Shown in pieces: positions 28,865 through 38,679 of a stretch of 64,000 bases of DNA (within the stretch, counting starts at the first letter, position 1; every line of letters starts with the position of its first letter). The notes below the pieces were generated by a model that had not been told where the DNA came from, did not search any database, and worked only from the letters and a program-made list of their open reading frames with translations. Position numbers and translations under genes: made by a program. The stretch lies in NCBI GenBank assembly GCA_963816145.1, contig CAWFJP010000015.1, forward strand, positions 165,940 to 229,939. The letters run 5' to 3'. This stretch comes from an uncultured delta proteobacterium (GTDB lineage Bacteria > Desulfobacterota > Binatia > UBA9968).

Positions 28865-29878
28865 TTACGGAGCGTCCACTCCGTCGAGGAGGTGTTGTGT
28901 CCTGAGGTACTTGGCAAAGTATGTAGCAGCCTCACGGCTTGGGTGCCAGAAAAGATTGTCGCCAGTCTCGGTCACGACGACGCCATCTGCCAGCGCCTCG
29001 TTCAAAGGCTTCAGCAGGTCGAAATAGTGGAGCCGCAGGGATTCGAGTGTGCCGAGAATCAGGCGCCGGTACTCTTGGTACTCAGGCTTCCAGTCGCTGT
29101 ACGGCCGTAGAATCGGCAACACCAAGACCGTGAGCCGCGCCCTATCGACGCCGACCATGCGCTGCAAGTCTGTCAGGCTCGCGCGGACCTCTGCAATGAT
29201 CTCAGAGCGCGCGGTCTTCCTTGGGGTTACAAGTCCGAGCCAGTAACGGTAGGTGTAACTGTGCTGGAAGAGCCACGGGTTCAGGCGACGAACCGGCCAG
29301 TTGGGTGCGAAGACGACCAAGGTCCCGTCGGACTCCCGAAACGCCACTGGCGTCGTCTCGAAATCGTTGAGGTGAAACGTCAAGATGACGTGATCAGGAT
29401 GAATAGCTCGATTGAATCGCCTGTAATACTCGACTTCTTGCACGGTATTGAAGGACTCGACTCCCGCATTCCAGTACTCATACTTCTGCGAGCCATACAC
29501 GGCTCTGAGGGCCTCGACAATCTGACCACGATGGGTGACGGAGTCTCCGATGAACAGGAGCCGATTCACCCCCGGGGGCTTCGCTGCAGCATAGTCGTTT
29601 GCGTGCGTGCCAAAGCGCGTGTAGGGGCCATCGCCGAGCACAGGTCGGAAGCCGAAGCTAGGATCTACTACGAAGGAGAGCCCATTGGGTGCGCTCTGTC
29701 GGAACTGGGTGAGTTCGTAGGCTCCGCCGAAAGCTCGATATGGTGCCTTGAGCCTTTGGAATACCTCGATACCGAGAATCAAGAGAGCGCTGCTCAGGCC
29801 AGCGACCAGGAGGTTCACGAGTAGTAAGCGTACCGTTGGTAATCCCTTCCACCTCAAAGGGTTGAGCAAAGGACACAT
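28865..29878 (-). CDS. SGNH/GDSL hydrolase with N-terminal TM anchor
   Basis: LFIGDSVT, NAGVESF, FHLND, WHPS. Confidence 0.85.
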   Translation of the reverse strand: MCPLLNPLRWKGLPTVRLLLVNLLVAGLSSALLILGIEVFQRLKAPYRAFGGAYELTQFRQSAPNGLSFVVDPSFGFRPVLGDGPYTRFGTHANDYAAAKPPGVNRLLFIGDSVTHRGQIVEALRAVYGSQKYEYWNAGVESFNTVQEVEYYRRFNRAIHPDHVILTFHLNDFETTPVAFRESDGTLVVFAPNWPVRRLNPWLFQHSYTYRYWLGLVTPRKTARSEIIAEVRASLTDLQRMVGVDRARLTVLVLPILRPYSDWKPEYQEYRRLILGTLESLRLHYFDLLKPLNEALADGVVVTETGDNLFWHPSREAATYFAKYLRTQHLLDGVDAP

Positions 29879-29925
29879 GCTAGTCCGCCTTCTCCTTTCG
29901 TATGCCTAAGCCGACTTCGTGTGGC

Positions 29926-30006
29926 ACCTAACGCTCAGGCTGAGAAGCCGCGGCCCGCGAGCGTCGCGAGCGGGTCCGAAGGTCTGTCTCAAGCCGATCG
30001 TTAGAC
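29926..30006 (-). repeat. attC site
   Basis: ACCTAAC...GGCTGAGA / TCTCAAGCC...GTTAGAC. Confidence 0.8.
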
Positions 30007-30149
30007 AGCATTCGCATCTGCTGCTACCGCGAACGATTAGCACCAACCTTGTGTAGCTTCTTGAACTGATCGCCTTTGGACCGCTGCAATGACCATCGAC
30101 GCGGTTTATTTAGTATTGTTCCCCGGAATTGCCCGCAACACCGCTCAGG

Positions 30150-30590
30150 TTAGTCGTTGCCCCAACCGCTGACGACCTCGGGCCGCACCCGGAACTGCAC
30201 CCGTCGCTCTCCCGGGGCGCGATACGGGTATTCCTCGACTCCGAGATACTTCTTGGCAAGGCGGTTAATCCCTGCGCCGGCCCCCTGCTCTTCACTAGTG
30301 ACCTCGACCACGCGGCCGCGCAGGCCCAGGTTGCGGTAGGGGTTTTCAGGATCAAGGACACTGAGCGCGACGGGGCTCCCGAGGCGCAGGACGTTGGCCT
30401 TGGTCCGCCCCTCCGCTGTGTTGAGAATGATATCCTCACCGTCCAGACCCACCCACATCGCCGATACGTGAGGTGTCCCATCTGGCAAAACGATGCCAAC
30501 GTGAACGAGCACCTGCTTCTCGAGAATCTGACGCTCCTTCGCGGTCAACTGCCGATGCGCTACTGTCATGTTTGGATGCTGCAGAGCCAT
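30150..30590 (-). CDS. PPOX-class F420-dependent oxidoreductase-like protein (copy 2)
   Basis: Near-identical to 16811..17251. Confidence 0.85.
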   Translation of the reverse strand: MALQHPNMTVAHRQLTAKERQILEKQVLVHVGIVLPDGTPHVSAMWVGLDGEDIILNTAEGRTKANVLRLGSPVALSVLDPENPYRNLGLRGRVVEVTSEEQGAGAGINRLAKKYLGVEEYPYRAPGERRVQFRVRPEVVSGWGND

Positions 30591-30607
30591 CTCTCCTCCT
30601 CTGTCCT

Positions 30608-30665
30608 GTCTAACGCAGCGCTTAGGCGTCGCCCTTCGCGATCGCTCCGAAGCGGCTGGTTAGAC
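30608..30665 (-). repeat. attC site
   Basis: GTCTAAC ... GTTAGAC. Confidence 0.7.
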
Positions 30666-30670
30666 GCCCC

Positions 30671-30892
30671 TCAAGCAGCGTAACGAATCACTTCAAGCTC
30701 CGCAGTGCTGTCGCCTCGGGCGAGTAGGATGTCGATACGTGCCATGACGGCATCTTCGATCAGATACTCGCAGCAGGCTTCACACTGTAAAACCGGCAAT
30801 TGCTTCAAAATGACAATGCGATCGTCCGACAGTTTAAATGGTAAATCGGTGCTGATCGCATTCATGCGAGCCCCGCAAACCGTGCACTTCAT
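30671..30892 (-). CDS. YgiT-type zinc finger (MqsA-like) antitoxin
   Basis: MKCTVCG...VILKQLPVLQCEACCEY. Confidence 0.8.
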   Translation of the reverse strand: MKCTVCGARMNAISTDLPFKLSDDRIVILKQLPVLQCEACCEYLIEDAVMARIDILLARGDSTAELEVIRYAA

Positions 30893-31229
30893 CAGGTTCT
30901 CCTTCGAGTTTTTAGATCTGGCTCCCATTCCCCTAAGCTCGGATGATATGCTGTGACAATTCGAACGTTCTGACCGTCGACATCCGTACCAAACAGCACA
31001 TGAAACGCGTCGTCGCCCGCTCGCCCAAGAAGTAGATAGCTCGGAAAGTATTTGTCGTCTGGGTATGCCTCAACGATTTCGTAGCTGTTGGCGGCTGAGA
31101 TAATCGCTTCACGGGCAATAAACCTCCGTCCCAAGCGCATGTTAACATGGTACGTCCACAGAATCCGACCACCGCGAAGACACTCCGAATAAATGATAGG
31201 GGATCGGCAGGAAACTTACGTTCGGCCAC
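30892..31229 (-). CDS. DUF4258 toxin-like protein, frameshift near 31185
   Basis: WTYHVNMR..R, EAYPDDKYFPSYLLLG, RIVTAY.P. Confidence 0.75.
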
Positions 31230-31259
31230 ATTTCATATATAGCTGAAGTTTGTCGGATC

Positions 31260-31357
31260 GTCTAAGGCCTGAGTTCAGCTGCGGGCGAGTGCAACCAATG
31301 CGGCGGCGGAGCCGCCGCTCCCAAAGCTCGCCCGTCTGCTGCAACGCTTCGTTGGGC
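31260..31357 (-). repeat. attC site
   Basis: GTCTAAG...CAGCTGCGGGCGAG / CTCGCCCGTCTGCTG...GTTGGGC. Confidence 0.8.
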
Positions 31358-31413
31358 GGCTGCTGCAAGAACCTCAACCGTGCAGTGCACCCGCGAGATG
31401 CGTGCGTTCACCC

Positions 31414-32592
31414 TCATTGCTGCGACAGATGGTAGTGCGGGAGCACGATGTCGTCCCGAAGATCGCGGCCGATCACAAAGTCGGCGACCAAAGGGACTCG
31501 TAGCAGCTGTGTGATCACGTTGCGGAAGGTGATCCCGAACGAAGTCTTCGGTGCGAACGCCGAGGCAAACTTCTTCGCCGTTTGCTGCTTCTTCTTCAGA
31601 AACGGCATGAGCCGCCGCTCGTACCGCGCAAACGCCGTCGAGAAGTCGCCGCCGCAGGCGTGCAGTTCGCCCGCGAGAACATACGCCTCGACAATCGCCA
31701 GTCCCGTCCCTTCGCCGGCCATGAGCGACACGCAGGCCGCGGCGTCGCCGACCAGCGCGATCCGCCCATTCGTCCAGTGATGCATCCGAATTTGGCTCAC
31801 GCTGTCGAAGTAGATGTTGGTCGCCCGCTCGATCTCTGCCTCTATCTGCGGCCATTCCCAACCGGCGCCAGCAAAGACACGCCGCAGAACCGACTGCGGT
31901 TCCTCATGGCGGGGCATGAGCTCGTCGCGGAAGATGAAGAGGAACAGCGTCTTGTCATCGCGCATCGAAAAACGCGAGATCTGGCGGCCCGGCAGACTAT
32001 GAATCGTATAGACAAGCTCTTCGCGCGCCCGATACCTGTCCGCCTCGAACGCGGCGACGTGATAGCCGAGCGGGGTCTCGAACTCCGAGTCCGGCCCGAA
32101 GGCGAGTCGGCGGACGCGAGAATGCAGGCCGTCAGCGCCGATGACGAGATCGACTTCTCGTTCTGCCGCGTGGTCGAAGCAGACGCGCACGTGCTGCGCC
32201 GTATCCTCGATCTGGGCCACGGAATCGCCGAAGATCGTCTCGACCTTCCCGTCGATCGCGTCGTAGATGGTCGTTGACACGTCGGAGCGTCCCACACTCG
32301 TGAAGCGGTCGTTGGTCATCCGGCGAAAGACGTCGACATCGAAGCCACCTCTCGTCCGCCCCTTGCGATCGACGAAGCGCACCTCGCGCACTTGATATCC
32401 GAGGGCACGGATGTCGCCGATGAGGCCCATCCGCTCTGCGATATCGTAGCCGGTGCCCCAGAAATCGATGATGTAGCCGCCGACGCGAAGCTGCGGCGCC
32501 TCTTCAACGAGCAGGACCTCGTGCCCCGACCTGCTCAGCCAGTACCCGAGAGCGGGCCCGGCGACACCGATGCCGTTGATGACGATTCGCAA
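31414..32592 (-). CDS. FAD-dependent monooxygenase
   Basis: GIGVAGPAL, IGADGLHS, ALVGDAA..SLMAGEG. Confidence 0.9.
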   Translation of the reverse strand: MRIVINGIGVAGPALGYWLSRSGHEVLLVEEAPQLRVGGYIIDFWGTGYDIAERMGLIGDIRALGYQVREVRFVDRKGRTRGGFDVDVFRRMTNDRFTSVGRSDVSTTIYDAIDGKVETIFGDSVAQIEDTAQHVRVCFDHAAEREVDLVIGADGLHSRVRRLAFGPDSEFETPLGYHVAAFEADRYRAREELVYTIHSLPGRQISRFSMRDDKTLFLFIFRDELMPRHEEPQSVLRRVFAGAGWEWPQIEAEIERATNIYFDSVSQIRMHHWTNGRIALVGDAAACVSLMAGEGTGLAIVEAYVLAGELHACGGDFSTAFARYERRLMPFLKKKQQTAKKFASAFAPKTSFGITFRNVITQLLRVPLVADFVIGRDLRDDIVLPHYHLSQQ

Positions 32593-32613
32593 TGGACATC
32601 CTGTGGGTAGTCC

Positions 32614-32693
32614 GCCCAACGCCAAGAATGTGCGGCGGCGGCTATCAAGATATTCCTCACCGGGCCGCCGGCCGCACAATCCAATGGTTCGGC
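32614..32693 (-). repeat. attC site
   Basis: GCCCAAC...TGTGCGGCGGCGGC / GCCGCCGGCCGCACA...GTTCGGC. Confidence 0.8.
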
Positions 32694-32703
32694 GGCCCTC
32701 ATT

Positions 32704-33204
32704 TTATGAGTTTCTCGATCGTTTTAAATCGTTCTCGGATTTTATATCCACGGCATTCTGTGAAACCTGTTCAAACATCGCTGCCGCAGTGGCGATAACG
32801 GCAGAGCCGAAAGTGATGAGGATGCCCATAAAAACTCCGCCTGCGCGATCATCACTATTGCCCAACATAATGAAAAGTTCTCCTAACGCAACGAAACCGA
32901 TAATGGCTAACGCACAAAATTTTATTGTCCGCAGAGCTTTCACGGTCGCCTGCGAGAATGCCTTATCTTGTCCGATGTATCCCAACACCTTGAATGCCTG
33001 GTAGAGCGCCACGAAAAATGGAGTGGACGCCAAATACGCGTACGCCAAAAAGGGATCTTTAAAATAGATCTCAAAGAGCGTGGCGTGCGCGTTTCTGCCT
33101 TCAATGTGGGGCTCCCAAAGCATCAGAGCAAGAGCGCCAATGCCGATGAATACAATGACTACCTGAAGAAATATCGTTGGGCCTATTATCTTGGGTGATT
33201 TCAT
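32704..33204 (-). CDS. DUF2975 membrane protein
   Basis: FLQVVIV...ALYQAFKVL..I....AFS..TVKALRTIK...AVDIKSENDL. Confidence 0.85.
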   Translation of the reverse strand: MKSPKIIGPTIFLQVVIVFIGIGALALMLWEPHIEGRNAHATLFEIYFKDPFLAYAYLASTPFFVALYQAFKVLGYIGQDKAFSQATVKALRTIKFCALAIIGFVALGELFIMLGNSDDRAGGVFMGILITFGSAVIATAAAMFEQVSQNAVDIKSENDLKRSRNS

Positions 33205-33251
33205 GCAGTTATCAAGCCAATGACGAGTGACCGCATTTTCACTTTAAGGCC

Positions 33252-33332
33252 GCCGAACGTGAAGGCTGAACGGACGAGGCCAGCGAGCGAAGCGAGCGGG
33301 TCCGAAGATCCGTTTCAAGCCGTTTGGCGGAC
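33252..33332 (-). repeat. attC site (degenerate core)
   Basis: GCCGAAC...GGCTGAACGGA / TCCGTTTCAAGCC. Confidence 0.65.
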
Positions 33333-33367
33333 GTTGCAAATTCGCAGCTCCTGAACGTAGGTTAAAA

Positions 33368-33990
33368 TCACGCAGGTGCAAGCGCCTTGATCGCATTGGC
33401 CCGCGCTGAATAAGTGATGCGGCCATCGGGGCCAGCTGGCAATCTTGCGCGTACCCAGTCAATCACGTTCTCACGATCCGTCTCCGACAGTGCTGCAATC
33501 ATCTTGCCCATGGTAGTATAACTAGGCGTTTGCGACACCCAGAACTCGTTGAAATCCGCAAAGGACATCGTAACATCGATTGTCCTGCTGCCGATCTCTG
33601 TTAATTTCGCTCGAGCAAACAACGAAGTTAATGCATCAAGCCCCGAATGCTCGGTGCCCGGCACAGGCGGAGGTTTAGCGCCGACCTGATGCAATCCGTG
33701 CCGAATAAGGGAAACCGGCTCACGCTGCGCCGCGAAATCCCAAACATAGCCGGCGATTACACCATGGGGCCGACAAACGCGGCACATTTCAGTAAGCGCC
33801 TGAGGTCGATCCGAAATAAAGTTAATCACAAGAGCGGAAACAACGACGTCGAAGGCTTTATCTGAGAACGGTAATTCCTGCACGTCCGCAACGCGGAAAT
33901 CCGCACGTTGCGCGATTGCTTTCTTGCGCGCAATTTCGATTTGTGGCTCCGACGGATCGATCGCGACTACTGTCGCGGGAGAGCACGTAC
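33368..33990 (-). pseudogene. SAM methyltransferase, 5' truncated
   Basis: AIDPSEPQI...ELPFSDKAFDVVVSALVINF...GYVWD; motif I absent. Confidence 0.65.
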
Positions 33991-34050
33991 TGACAGCATT
34001 GTGTCTCCACGACAGGTCGACTGCGGAGTTTAACGCGAATCGTCGCTGCC

Positions 34051-34087
34051 GCCTAACGGGTCGTCCGTTGCAACCGGTTGGTTAGGC
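34051..34087 (-). repeat. Minimal attC-like site
   Basis: GCCTAAC GGGTCGTCCGTTGCAACCGGTTG GTTAGGC. Confidence 0.5.
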
Positions 34088-34146
34088 CGCACTGAGTTGC
34101 ACCTTTCGACACGCCAGCGGCGATGGCTATCTGGGGACGCGAGAGA

Positions 34147-34677
<531 letters not shown>

Positions 34678-34752
34678 GTCACTCCCTTTCCTCGCACGGC
34701 ACATCCGGCGGTTTTGAGCATCGTTGATGACTGAGACGTTGCGAGTTGTGCG

Positions 34753-34887
34753 GCCTAACGGGTCGGCGGGTGAGCCGTGGCCCGCAGGGCCATCGGTTCC
34801 ATCCGCTGGTTCGACCGCCGCAGGCGGGCGCAACCAGCGTGGCTCACCCGCCGACCCGTTCGCACGACCGTCTGCGGTCGGGCGAAC
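34753..34887. repeat. ORF-less compound attC module, copy 2
   Basis: AACGGGTCGGCGGGTGAGCC ... GGCTCACCCGCCGACCCGTT. Confidence 0.8.
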
Positions 34888-34892
34888 GGTCT

Positions 34893-34947
34893 CGCTAACC
34901 GGCGTGCGCTGACTTGGCGCGCGTCCGTGTTGAGCGGGTGGTTAGAC
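34893..34947 (-). repeat. attC site
   Basis: CGCTAAC ... GTTAGAC. Confidence 0.65.
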
Positions 34948-35221
34948 GTGACTTCGTCTCGCGCAAACGTCCCGAAACGTACTTATGCAGCACGCTCGCG
35001 ATCAGAGTCTGATAAGGAACTCCTTCCTCATAAGCACGAGCTTGAAGATCCATCAGGTCGGCTGCCGAAAGTCGGATGTTTACACGCTTGTTCTTCACAA
35101 AGGTGGCACGCGCAGCCTCCCGAAATCCGGCAAGTTGGGCTTTTGTTGGACGCGCAGATACCAGTACCCCGTTTTCATACGCGCCAAGTATCTCCCGCTC
35201 AAATCGGTCAAGTTTCTTCAT
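34895..35221 (-). CDS. CopG-like antitoxin
   Basis: KNKRVNIRLS..DL..LQ..A.EEGVPYQTLIASVLHKY. Confidence 0.85.
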   Translation of the reverse strand: MKKLDRFEREILGAYENGVLVSARPTKAQLAGFREAARATFVKNKRVNIRLSAADLMDLQARAYEEGVPYQTLIASVLHKYVSGRLRETKSRLTTRSTRTRAKSAHAG

Positions 35222-35501
35222 CGGTCTCTCCGCCTCCAAGATAGTCTCGCGTCGCCTTCCGGCTTGGAATGATGGTCTTCAGAAAATAATATGTTTTCTC
35301 TTCGACAGACGGAACGAGAAAAATATAGCTGCGATAAGCCACAACGAGCACAACCTGACCTGGGTACCGCCGCTGGTTCGGGTGAACGAGAACGTCCTTT
35401 AGGCCGTCTTCCTCAACCGCAGCGACGATTTCTTCAAAGGATATCCCACGCCCGGCCTTCAGCCGTTCGTTCTTATCCGGATCCCACCGGAACGGCTTCA
35501 C
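35208..35501 (-). CDS. BrnT-like toxin
   Basis: FRWDPDKNERLK..RGISFEEI...HPNQ..YPGQ...LKTIIPSRKAT. Confidence 0.85.
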   Translation of the reverse strand: MKPFRWDPDKNERLKAGRGISFEEIVAAVEEDGLKDVLVHPNQRRYPGQVVLVVAYRSYIFLVPSVEEKTYYFLKTIIPSRKATRDYLGGGETDEET

Positions 35502-35559
35502 AAAGGCATCATATCAGTATGTGTGCCTTTTGTCATCACCCTGGCACTACTGTGGTTAC

Positions 35560-35623
35560 GTCCAACGCTCCTGTTCAGCGGCGGGACGCGCAGCGGGCCG
35601 TCCGCTGCAACCGATGGTTAGGC
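35560..35623 (-). repeat. attC site
   Basis: GTCCAAC...TTCAGCGGCGG / CCGTCCGCTGCAA...GTTAGGC. Confidence 0.85.
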
Positions 35624-36094
35624 GTCATTGTGCCCTTGGCGCCGGAGTACAACATGGGTGGCTTTCTCCGACGCAACGAACTGAACGCATTCGTATCCCA
35701 GAGCGCGCACGTCAATCCCCTCGAACAGTCGCTCTCCCCCGCCCAGCAGGACCGGCGAGATAGCGACGTGCAGCTCATCGATGAGGCCCGTACGAAGATA
35801 TTGCTGGATCGTGTTAGGTCCGCCGCCAATGCGCACATCCATTCCGTTGGCTGCGTCGCGCGCCCGGTCAAGCGCCTCGTGAATACCGCCCGTGACGAAG
35901 TAGAATGTCGTTCCGCCTTCCATCTGGATGGGCGGGCGCGCGTGATGAGTCAAGATGAAAGTTGGAACGTGATAAGGTGGGTTGTCCCCCCACCAGCCTT
36001 TCCAGTTCATGTCGGACCAGGAACCGCGAATCGGTCCGAACATGTTTCTTCCGAGAATCCAGGCGCCAACATTCTTGAAGCCCCGCGCAACCAT
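35618..36094 (-). pseudogene. DHFR-family gene truncated at attI-B
   Basis: Begins ARGFKNVGAWILGRNMFGP; the family N-terminal SLDG segment is absent. Confidence 0.7.
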
Positions 36095-36095
36095 T

Positions 36096-36227
36096 GAGTG
36101 AACAGATCTCGTATATTGGATATCCAATAATCATCAATTTGAAACTACTCTTACAATCAATAAGTTGTCAATTGTCAGCGTTGCTCGTATATCCAATATC
36201 GCTGGTCTCGTATATTCAATATACGAG
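36096..36227 (-). other. Putative attI-B region with CTCGTATAT repeats
   Basis: Minus strand TATACGAGATCT-GTTCAC; CTCGTATAT at 36108, 36184, 36207 and inverted at 36219. Confidence 0.6.
36142..36171 (-). promoter_or_regulatory. Candidate cassette promoter Pc for array B
   Basis: Minus strand TTGACA-18 bp-TAGTTT pointing into the array. Confidence 0.45.
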
Positions 36228-36244
36228 CAGCACGGGACCACGAT

Positions 36245-37297
36245 TCACAGCCCATCCGCGGGGCTGCGCACGCCTTGGCCGCCTCGATTCAGCACATGGG
36301 TGTAAATCATCGTGGTACTTACGTCGTTGTGGCCCAATAGTTCTTGAACTGTTCTGATATCGTAGCCATTCTCCAATAAGTGCGTGGCAAAGGAATGGCG
36401 CAACGTGTGGCAGCCGGCATGTTTGAAAACGCCGGCTTTCAGCCGCGCCTCTCTAAACGCACGTTGTAGTACAGATTCGTGGAGATGGTGTCTGCGCCGC
36501 TCGCCGGTAATGCGGTCTACGAAATGACTCGTTGCCGGGAAAACCCACTGCCATCCCCATTCTTTCCCGGCATTCGGATACTTCCGGTCAAGCGCGTTGG
36601 GTAACGAAATTCGACCTAGACTAGCTTTGAGGTCGGCTTCGTGTTGCGACTTGACAGTTCGAAGATGCTCAATGAGTGGATCTCGGACTGTAGTTGGCAA
36701 GGGCGTATGGCGATCTTTGTTCCCTTTGCCGGCGCGAACCAAGATTTCGTTTTGATAAAAATCAATATCCTTGACGCGCAACCGGCAGCACTCCATCAAG
36801 CGCAAGCCAGCACCATAAAGTAAGATCACCATCAAGCGCGGAACGCCGCTCATATGGTTAATGATTTCCTTAACTTCGTCTTTCGTCAGTACGACCGGCA
36901 GCCGCTGCGGCCGCCTTGCGCGAACAACGCCGTCAATGAGTCCGATTTTCTTGCCCAAGACTTGATCGTAAAGAAATAAGATCGCGTTGAAGGCTTGGTT
37001 CTGCGTAGAAGCACTAACGTGCCCGTCCATCGCAAGGCTTGAAAGGAATTGGCCGATCTCTGCCTCAGCCATTTCCATCGGATGCCGTTTATTATGGAAA
37101 AATATGAAGCGCTTGATCCAATGGACATAAGCTTTTTCGGTCTTACCGCTGTAATGCCGCGTGCGGATCGCTTCGCGGACTTGGTCGAGCAACTTGGGCT
37201 TTGGCACAATCGGCGGTGTCCGCGTTCCGCTTTGCCCGCCATCGATCACAGCCAACGGTTGGTTCCTGGCTCTGCTTGCGTTGACGGTTTCCATCAT
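36245..37297 (-). CDS. intI: Integron integrase B
   Basis: Same catalytic motifs and [23 protein letters not shown] insert; [18 protein letters not shown]. Confidence 0.97.
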   Translation of the reverse strand: MMETVNASRARNQPLAVIDGGQSGTRTPPIVPKPKLLDQVREAIRTRHYSGKTEKAYVHWIKRFIFFHNKRHPMEMAEAEIGQFLSSLAMDGHVSASTQNQAFNAILFLYDQVLGKKIGLIDGVVRARRPQRLPVVLTKDEVKEIINHMSGVPRLMVILLYGAGLRLMECCRLRVKDIDFYQNEILVRAGKGNKDRHTPLPTTVRDPLIEHLRTVKSQHEADLKASLGRISLPNALDRKYPNAGKEWGWQWVFPATSHFVDRITGERRRHHLHESVLQRAFREARLKAGVFKHAGCHTLRHSFATHLLENGYDIRTVQELLGHNDVSTTMIYTHVLNRGGQGVRSPADGL

Positions 37298-37350
37298 TGA
37301 CCGTCCTCCTCGCACGGCATGCGGATAAGCTTCCGCCAAGACGGCATGGC

Positions 37351-37396
37351 ACCGTTCAAATAGTTCAAATTGTTCAAGTCGTTCAAAACGTTGCAG
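37351..37396. repeat. 9-bp tandem repeat array, left arm
   Basis: accgttcaaa tagttcaaat tgttcaagtc gttcaaaacg tt. Confidence 0.9.
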
Positions 37397-37403
37397 ATCG
37401 GAT

Positions 37404-37820
37404 TTAAGGTGTCGCGCTTTTTAATTGGTTCGATGCCGTATACTTTGGGCCTTTCAAGGAACTGCGCTTTAGGTAGTCGATCAGGTTGCTGATCATAATG
37501 GATAGGCGACGAAACGATTGGCTGGCGGCGTCACAATCTTTCTGCGCGACATAGGATTGATCCAGGGCTACGTAAAGGTGCGAGCGCACTTCCCCGCAGG
37601 AGGCTTTGGCAACATAGAGAAATTGAATAAACTCTTGGTTCCCGCCGCGTTCGAATCCTTCGGCGATGTTCGACATGATCGACACTGCGGCCCGCCGAAT
37701 TTGATCCCGCAACGCAAAGTCCTTGGCAAAGTCACCATCCTTCGTCATTTGATAAATCGCTTTCGTAAGCAGTCGCGCATCTTTCCAAATCTCAAGGTCT
37801 TCAAAATTCTTCACTTCCAT
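37404..37820 (-). CDS. Four helix bundle protein B
   Basis: About 14 of 138 aa differ from 19555..19971 (manual count). Confidence 0.92.
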   Translation of the reverse strand: MEVKNFEDLEIWKDARLLTKAIYQMTKDGDFAKDFALRDQIRRAAVSIMSNIAEGFERGGNQEFIQFLYVAKASCGEVRSHLYVALDQSYVAQKDCDAASQSFRRLSIMISNLIDYLKRSSLKGPKYTASNQLKSATP

Positions 37821-37833
37821 CGTCTCCTCCTCT

Positions 37834-37883
37834 TTAACGACTTGAGCGTTTTGAACGGAGCGTAGCGGTTGAACAATTTGAAC
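37834..37883. repeat. 9-bp tandem repeat array, right arm (inverted)
   Basis: ttaacga cttgagcgtt ttgaacgg...ttgaacaatttgaac; starts 3 bp after the lexA stop. Confidence 0.85.
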
Positions 37884-37886
37884 TTC

Positions 37887-38495
37887 TTAGAATTTTCGGA
37901 GCAGCCCGACAATTTTTCCGGCGATGCGGAACTCGCCTTCGGCGACGACGATGGGCGCGTATTTGTCATTTTCCGCTTTGAGCGTGACCACGCCGTCTTT
38001 TTTGTAGAAGCGTTTGAGCGTCGCTTCACCGTCGATCAGAGCGCAGACGATCTCGCCGTTCTCCGCCGTGGCCTGCTGCTTGACGATCACCCGGTCGCCA
38101 TCCAGGATGCCGGCGCCGATCATACTGTCGCCTTGGACTTGGAGGGCGAACTGTTTACCGCTGCCCATGTCGCTGGGAATCGATAAGAACCCTTCGGTAT
38201 TTTCCTCGCTCAAAAACGGCTTGCCGGCGGGGACCCGGCCGACAATCGGCACTTCGTGGGTGACGTTGATGACCGCCTTGCCGAGAGCATTGACGACTTC
38301 GATGGCGCGCTTGCCGACCCGGCGGATATAGCCCTTTTTCTCCAGCGCTTTCAGATGATCGGAAACCCCGTTGGTCGAAGCGATCTTGAACTTCCGGCCG
38401 ATCTCAGGGATCGACGGCGCAAAGCCCTGCTCGCGAATACTCTTCAAGAGAAAATCGTAGATCGCCTTTTGCCGGTCGGTCAGGGGCGTGAGCAT
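37887..38495 (-). CDS. lexA: SOS repressor LexA
   Basis: LTDRQKAIYDF, PSIPEIG, HLKALEKKGYI, VPAG cleavage site, GDSMIGAGI, ATLKRF. Confidence 0.95.
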   Translation of the reverse strand: MLTPLTDRQKAIYDFLLKSIREQGFAPSIPEIGRKFKIASTNGVSDHLKALEKKGYIRRVGKRAIEVVNALGKAVINVTHEVPIVGRVPAGKPFLSEENTEGFLSIPSDMGSGKQFALQVQGDSMIGAGILDGDRVIVKQQATAENGEIVCALIDGEATLKRFYKKDGVVTLKAENDKYAPIVVAEGEFRIAGKIVGLLRKF

Positions 38496-38501
38496 GAAGG
38501 C

Positions 38502-38530
38502 TATATACTGAAAATAATTTCAGTAGTCAA
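38502..38530 (-). promoter_or_regulatory. lexA promoter overlapped by a palindromic operator
   Basis: TACTG-AAAATAATTT-CAGTA at 38506-38525; minus strand TTGACT-17 bp-TATATA. Confidence 0.7.
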
Positions 38531-38551
38531 GCATGCGGCAAATCTACGGCA

Positions 38552-38662
38552 GGTTCAAGCCGTTCAAAACGTTCAAATAGTTCGAGTCGTTAAAACTCAA
38601 CCCGGTTCAAACCGTTCGGAAACGATTTGAACGACTTGAACGTTTTGAACTATTTGAACGGT
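38552..38662. repeat. Empty palindromic 9-bp repeat array
   Basis: GTTCAA units followed by TTGAAC units with no ORF between. Confidence 0.9.
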
Positions 38663-38679
38663 CTAACGCGCGCCACGCG

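Noticed and set aside
37404-37820. 23S rRNA intervening sequence
   Set aside because: No rRNA sequence flanks either gene
38552-38662. Repeats as Gram-positive (GAAC-N4-GTTC) or alphaproteobacterial (GTTC-N7-GTTC) SOS boxes
   Set aside because: Spacing is GTTC-N5-GTTC, copies lie at gene 3' ends and inside imuB, and a better palindrome overlaps the lexA promoter
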